Part shown: piece after piece, positions 61,009 to 64,000 of the stretch
Position numbering within the stretch: the stretch's first letter is position 1
Layout: every line of letters starts with the position of its first letter
Origin: an uncultured Spirochaetota bacterium
GTDB taxonomy: Bacteria > Spirochaetota > UBA4802 > UBA5550
NCBI GenBank assembly: GCA_963827275.1
Contig: CAWHAA010000005.1
Coordinates: 640,001 to 704,000 of the forward strand
DNA length: 64,000 nt
Direction of reading: 5' to 3'
Notes under the pieces: generated by a model
The model's database searches: none
Told to the model about the DNA's origin: nothing
What the model saw: only the letters and a program-made list of their open reading frames with translations
Translations under genes and position numbers: made by a program

Positions 61009-61851
61009 ATGAAACGCCCCCTTGCCCGGCTTGCGCCGCTCCTCGTGCTGCTGGCCCTGCCGCTGGCCGCCCTTGACGTGCCGCAGCTGAAGGGCCGCGT
61101 CAATGATTACGCCGGCATCCTCTCGCCGGGCACGGTCAGCGCGCTCGAATCCCGCCTCGCCGAGTTCGAGCGGACGGATTCGACCCAGGTGGTGGTCCTC
61201 ACCGTCCCCTCGCTCCAGGGCGACGCGATCGAGGACTTTTCCATCAGGGTCGCCGGGCAATGGAAGATCGGCCAGAAAAAGCTGGATAACGGCGCCATCA
61301 TGGTCGTCGCGAAAGAGGACCGGAGGATGCGCATCGAGGTCGGGTACGGTCTCGAAGGAACCCTCACCGACCTCCGCGCGGGAAGGATCATCGACAACAT
61401 CATGAAGCCGGCGTTCAGGGCGGGCGATTTCGACAAGGGGGTCTCGGACGGCGTTGACGCCATCATAGGGACGGTCAGGGGCGAGTTCAAGGCGTCCGAC
61501 GCGCCCATGGCGGACAAGATGCGCACCGACCCCCTGTCATTGATGACGCCCGCGCTGTTCGCGTTTTTCTTTATCGGCATCATCGGCAAGATAAAGCGGA
61601 CACTCGGCGGGGCCGCCGGCGCCGCGATCGCGCCGATAGGCGGCGGCATCCTCTTCGGGCTTTCGCCCTGGATCCTGCTGCTCATTCCGATCGGCTTTGT
61701 CATCGGCCTGATCATCCCCACGCTCATGACCCTCTTCCTGCTGACGGGAGGGGGACGGGGCGGCGGGTTCGGCGGCGGATTCAGCGGGGGCGGCGGCTTC
61801 GGCGGCGGGGGCGGCGGATTCGGCGGCGGCGGGGCCTCCGGCAGCTGGTAA
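61009..61851 (+). CDS. TPM-domain (YgcG-like) protein with Gly-rich tail
   Basis: RVNDYAGILS, WKIGQK..DNG, RIEVGYGLEG, GGGGASGSW. Confidence 0.92.
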   Translation: MKRPLARLAPLLVLLALPLAALDVPQLKGRVNDYAGILSPGTVSALESRLAEFERTDSTQVVVLTVPSLQGDAIEDFSIRVAGQWKIGQKKLDNGAIMVVAKEDRRMRIEVGYGLEGTLTDLRAGRIIDNIMKPAFRAGDFDKGVSDGVDAIIGTVRGEFKASDAPMADKMRTDPLSLMTPALFAFFFIGIIGKIKRTLGGAAGAAIAPIGGGILFGLSPWILLLIPIGFVIGLIIPTLMTLFLLTGGGRGGGFGGGFSGGGGFGGGGGGFGGGGASGSW

Positions 61852-61866
61852 CGGGTGAGGAACAAC

Positions 61867-62520
61867 ATGAAAGACCTGGTAAAAAAATTTCTTTCCGAAC
61901 AAGACATGGCGATGATATCCGATTCGGTAAAAAAGGCCGAGGCGTCCACCGCGGGCGAGATCGTGCCCATGGTGGTGTCATCGAGCGGCGAATACCCGCT
62001 TGCCGCCGTCATCGGCGCGCTTGCCCTTTCGGTCCCGCTCTCCATGATCGGCACCTATTTCGCGGGCCCGCTCTTTGACCTGTTCATGAGGGACATGTGG
62101 GTCTTCCTCGGGATCGAGGCCATCCTCTTCATCATCTCCTACCTGCTGGTAAAAAACCTGCTCTGGCTCAGGAGGGCCTTCACCTCCCGCGCGGAGATTG
62201 AAGACCAGGTCTGCAGGGCGGCGGTGGCGAACTTCTACCTGAGCGGCCTGTACCGCACCAAGGATGAAACCGGCGTACTGATTTTCATATCGATATTCGA
62301 GCGCACGGTATGGGTCCTCGGGGACCGCGGCATCAATGAAAAAGTCAGGCAGGACGCCTGGGGCGAGCTCGTATCGATAATCACCGGGGGGATAAAGAGC
62401 GGAAACCAGGCGGACGCGATCTGCAGGGCGGTGGAGCGCGCCGGCGAGATCCTGCATGACCACTTCCCCATCTCCCCCGACGACAAAAACGAGCTCCCCG
62501 ACCTGATCGCCGGCAGATGA
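61867..62520 (+). CDS. TPM-domain membrane protein of the lemA operon
   Basis: AEASTAGEIVP, TGVLIFIS..ER, GDRGI, NELPD. Confidence 0.88.
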   Translation: MKDLVKKFLSEQDMAMISDSVKKAEASTAGEIVPMVVSSSGEYPLAAVIGALALSVPLSMIGTYFAGPLFDLFMRDMWVFLGIEAILFIISYLLVKNLLWLRRAFTSRAEIEDQVCRAAVANFYLSGLYRTKDETGVLIFISIFERTVWVLGDRGINEKVRQDAWGELVSIITGGIKSGNQADAICRAVERAGEILHDHFPISPDDKNELPDLIAGR

Positions 62521-62600
62521 TGAAAATGTATTGACCCCTGCGCCCCCTTCTTCCACTATCATACCGCCGTGTCAGCGGACCGGCCCGACATTTTTAACAT

Positions 62601-64000
62601 ATGGACAAACCAATGGAACTCCCTTCTTCATACGATCCGAAACAGGTCGAGGAAAAATGGTACAAAATATGGGAAGGCGGCGGCTATTTCCACGCGCGCG
62701 AGGATGACGGCAGGGAGCCTTACTGCATCGTCATCCCGCCGCCCAACGTGACCGGCAACCTCCACATCGGGCCACGCCCTGAACAATACGCTCCAGGACA
62801 TCCTGACGCGCTGGCAGCGGATGATGGGCAAGTCGGCGCTCTGGATGCCCGGCATGGACCATGCCGGCATCGCCACGCAGAACGTGGTGGAGCGCCTCCT
62901 GAAAGAAGAGGGCAAGACGCAAGGACGACCTGGGCCGCGAGAAGTTCGAGGAGCGGGTCTGGGAATGGAAGGAGCATTCCGGCGGCAAGATACAGAACCA
63001 GCTCCGCCGGCTCGGCTGCTCCTGCGACTGGGAGCGCGAGCGCTTCACCCTGGACAAGGGCCTTTCGCGCGCGGTGCACACGGTCTTCGCCACGCTGTAC
63101 AAGGAAGGGCTCATCTACCAGGGATACCGCATCATCAACTGGTGCCCGCGCTGCGAGACGGCGCTCTCCGACATCGAGACCGAATACCAGGACCTTGAGG
63201 GCCACCTCTGGCACATCAGCTACCCGATCGCCGGCTCGAAGGACTTCATCGTGGTGGCCACCACCCGGCCCGAGACCATGCTGGGCGACACCGGCGTGGC
63301 GGTGAACCCCGACGACGAGCGCTACAAGGACCTCGTCGGGAAGAAGGTCATCCTCCCCCTCATGAACAGGGAGATCCCGGTCTTCGCCGACCACTTCGTC
63401 GACAAGGAATTCGGCACCGGCCTGGTGAAGGTCACGCCCGGCCCACGACCCGAACGACTTCGAGATGGGCAAGCGGCACAACCTCGGAGAGATCAACATC
63501 CTGGACAAGAACGGCAACATCAACGAAAACGGCGGGCCGTACCAGGGCCTGTCGCGCTTCGACGCGCGCAAGAAGGTCGTGGAGGACCTTGAGAAGCTCG
63601 GCCTCCTCGTCAAGATCGAAAAGCACCTCCACGCGGTGGGGCACTGCTACCGGTGCCACACCATCATCGAGCCGTACCTGTCGAAGCAGTGGTTCGTGAA
63701 GATCAAGCCGCTTGCCGACGAGGCGATCAAGGCCGTCGAGGACGGCAGGATCCGCTTCGTGCCGAAGAACTGGGAAAAGACCTACTTCGAATGGATGCAC
63801 AACATCCGCGACTGGTGCATCTCCCGCCAGCTCTGGTGGGGCCACCGCATCCCGGCCTTCTACTGCGACGACTGCGGCACATCACCGTGCAGGTCGACGA
63901 TCCGACCGAATGCGAAAAATGCGGATCAAAGAAGATCCGGCAGGACGAGGACGTGCTGGACACCTGGTTCTCCTCCGGGCTCTGGCCCTTCTCGACGCTG
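62601..64000 (+). CDS. valS: Valyl-tRNA synthetase, 5' part, with several apparent frameshifts
   Basis: [77 protein letters not shown] across frames. Confidence 0.95.

Noticed and set aside
61745..61848. GGC-rich tandem repeat
   Set aside because: Encodes the normal Gly-rich tail of TPM/YgcG proteins.
62601..64000. valS/metG pseudogenes or programmed frameshifting
   Set aside because: Essential genes with intact motifs, multiple unrelated indels and no consistent slippery sites; assembly error is more parsimonious.

Overview
High-GC bacterial chromosomal segment, probably from a free-living Spirochaetota (Leptospira-related) lineage. This is inferred from the rpsF-ssb-rpsR-DUF2232-rplI-dnaB order, the bactofilin-yaaR-holB-PSP1-metG order, 7TM-DISM sensors, a DUF1564-like ORF and spirochete-style lipoproteins. 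Most of the window is housekeeping (metG, holB, rhlE, dapL, hisD, nadE, ribosomal proteins, dnaB, valS). Several genes, including essential ones, carry single-base frameshifts that look like assembly errors. Two accessory regions stand out. (1) 14.0-23.0 kb is a surface-protein island: a Cys-CTERM-type protein, two paralogous triple-domain lipoproteins with GC-mosaic domains, a duplicated terminator/operator/promoter cassette, a FadL-like porin and a 6x103-aa repeat lipoprotein. (2) 44.1-52.6 kb is the best candidate for an undescribed system: a Nif11-like small peptide co-transcribed with a membrane sensor kinase-REC-PP2C hybrid, divergent from a B12-radical SAM, a SAM methyltransferase, an isoprenoid-synthase-fold prenyltransferase and a second radical SAM. 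The sensor input domain, peptide and two tailoring enzymes form an AT-rich block whose left edge falls inside the sensor gene, resembling the variable blocks of comQXP/agr. The whole locus is bracketed by two same-orientation arrays of a bipartite GGGGTCAGAG...ACCGATAACTATCGG repeat. Also noted: a candidate C-rich sRNA behind a NarL-type two-component system and an FGGY kinase paired with a sphingosine-1-phosphate-lyase-like gene. No tRNA, rRNA, cas gene or transposase was recognised.
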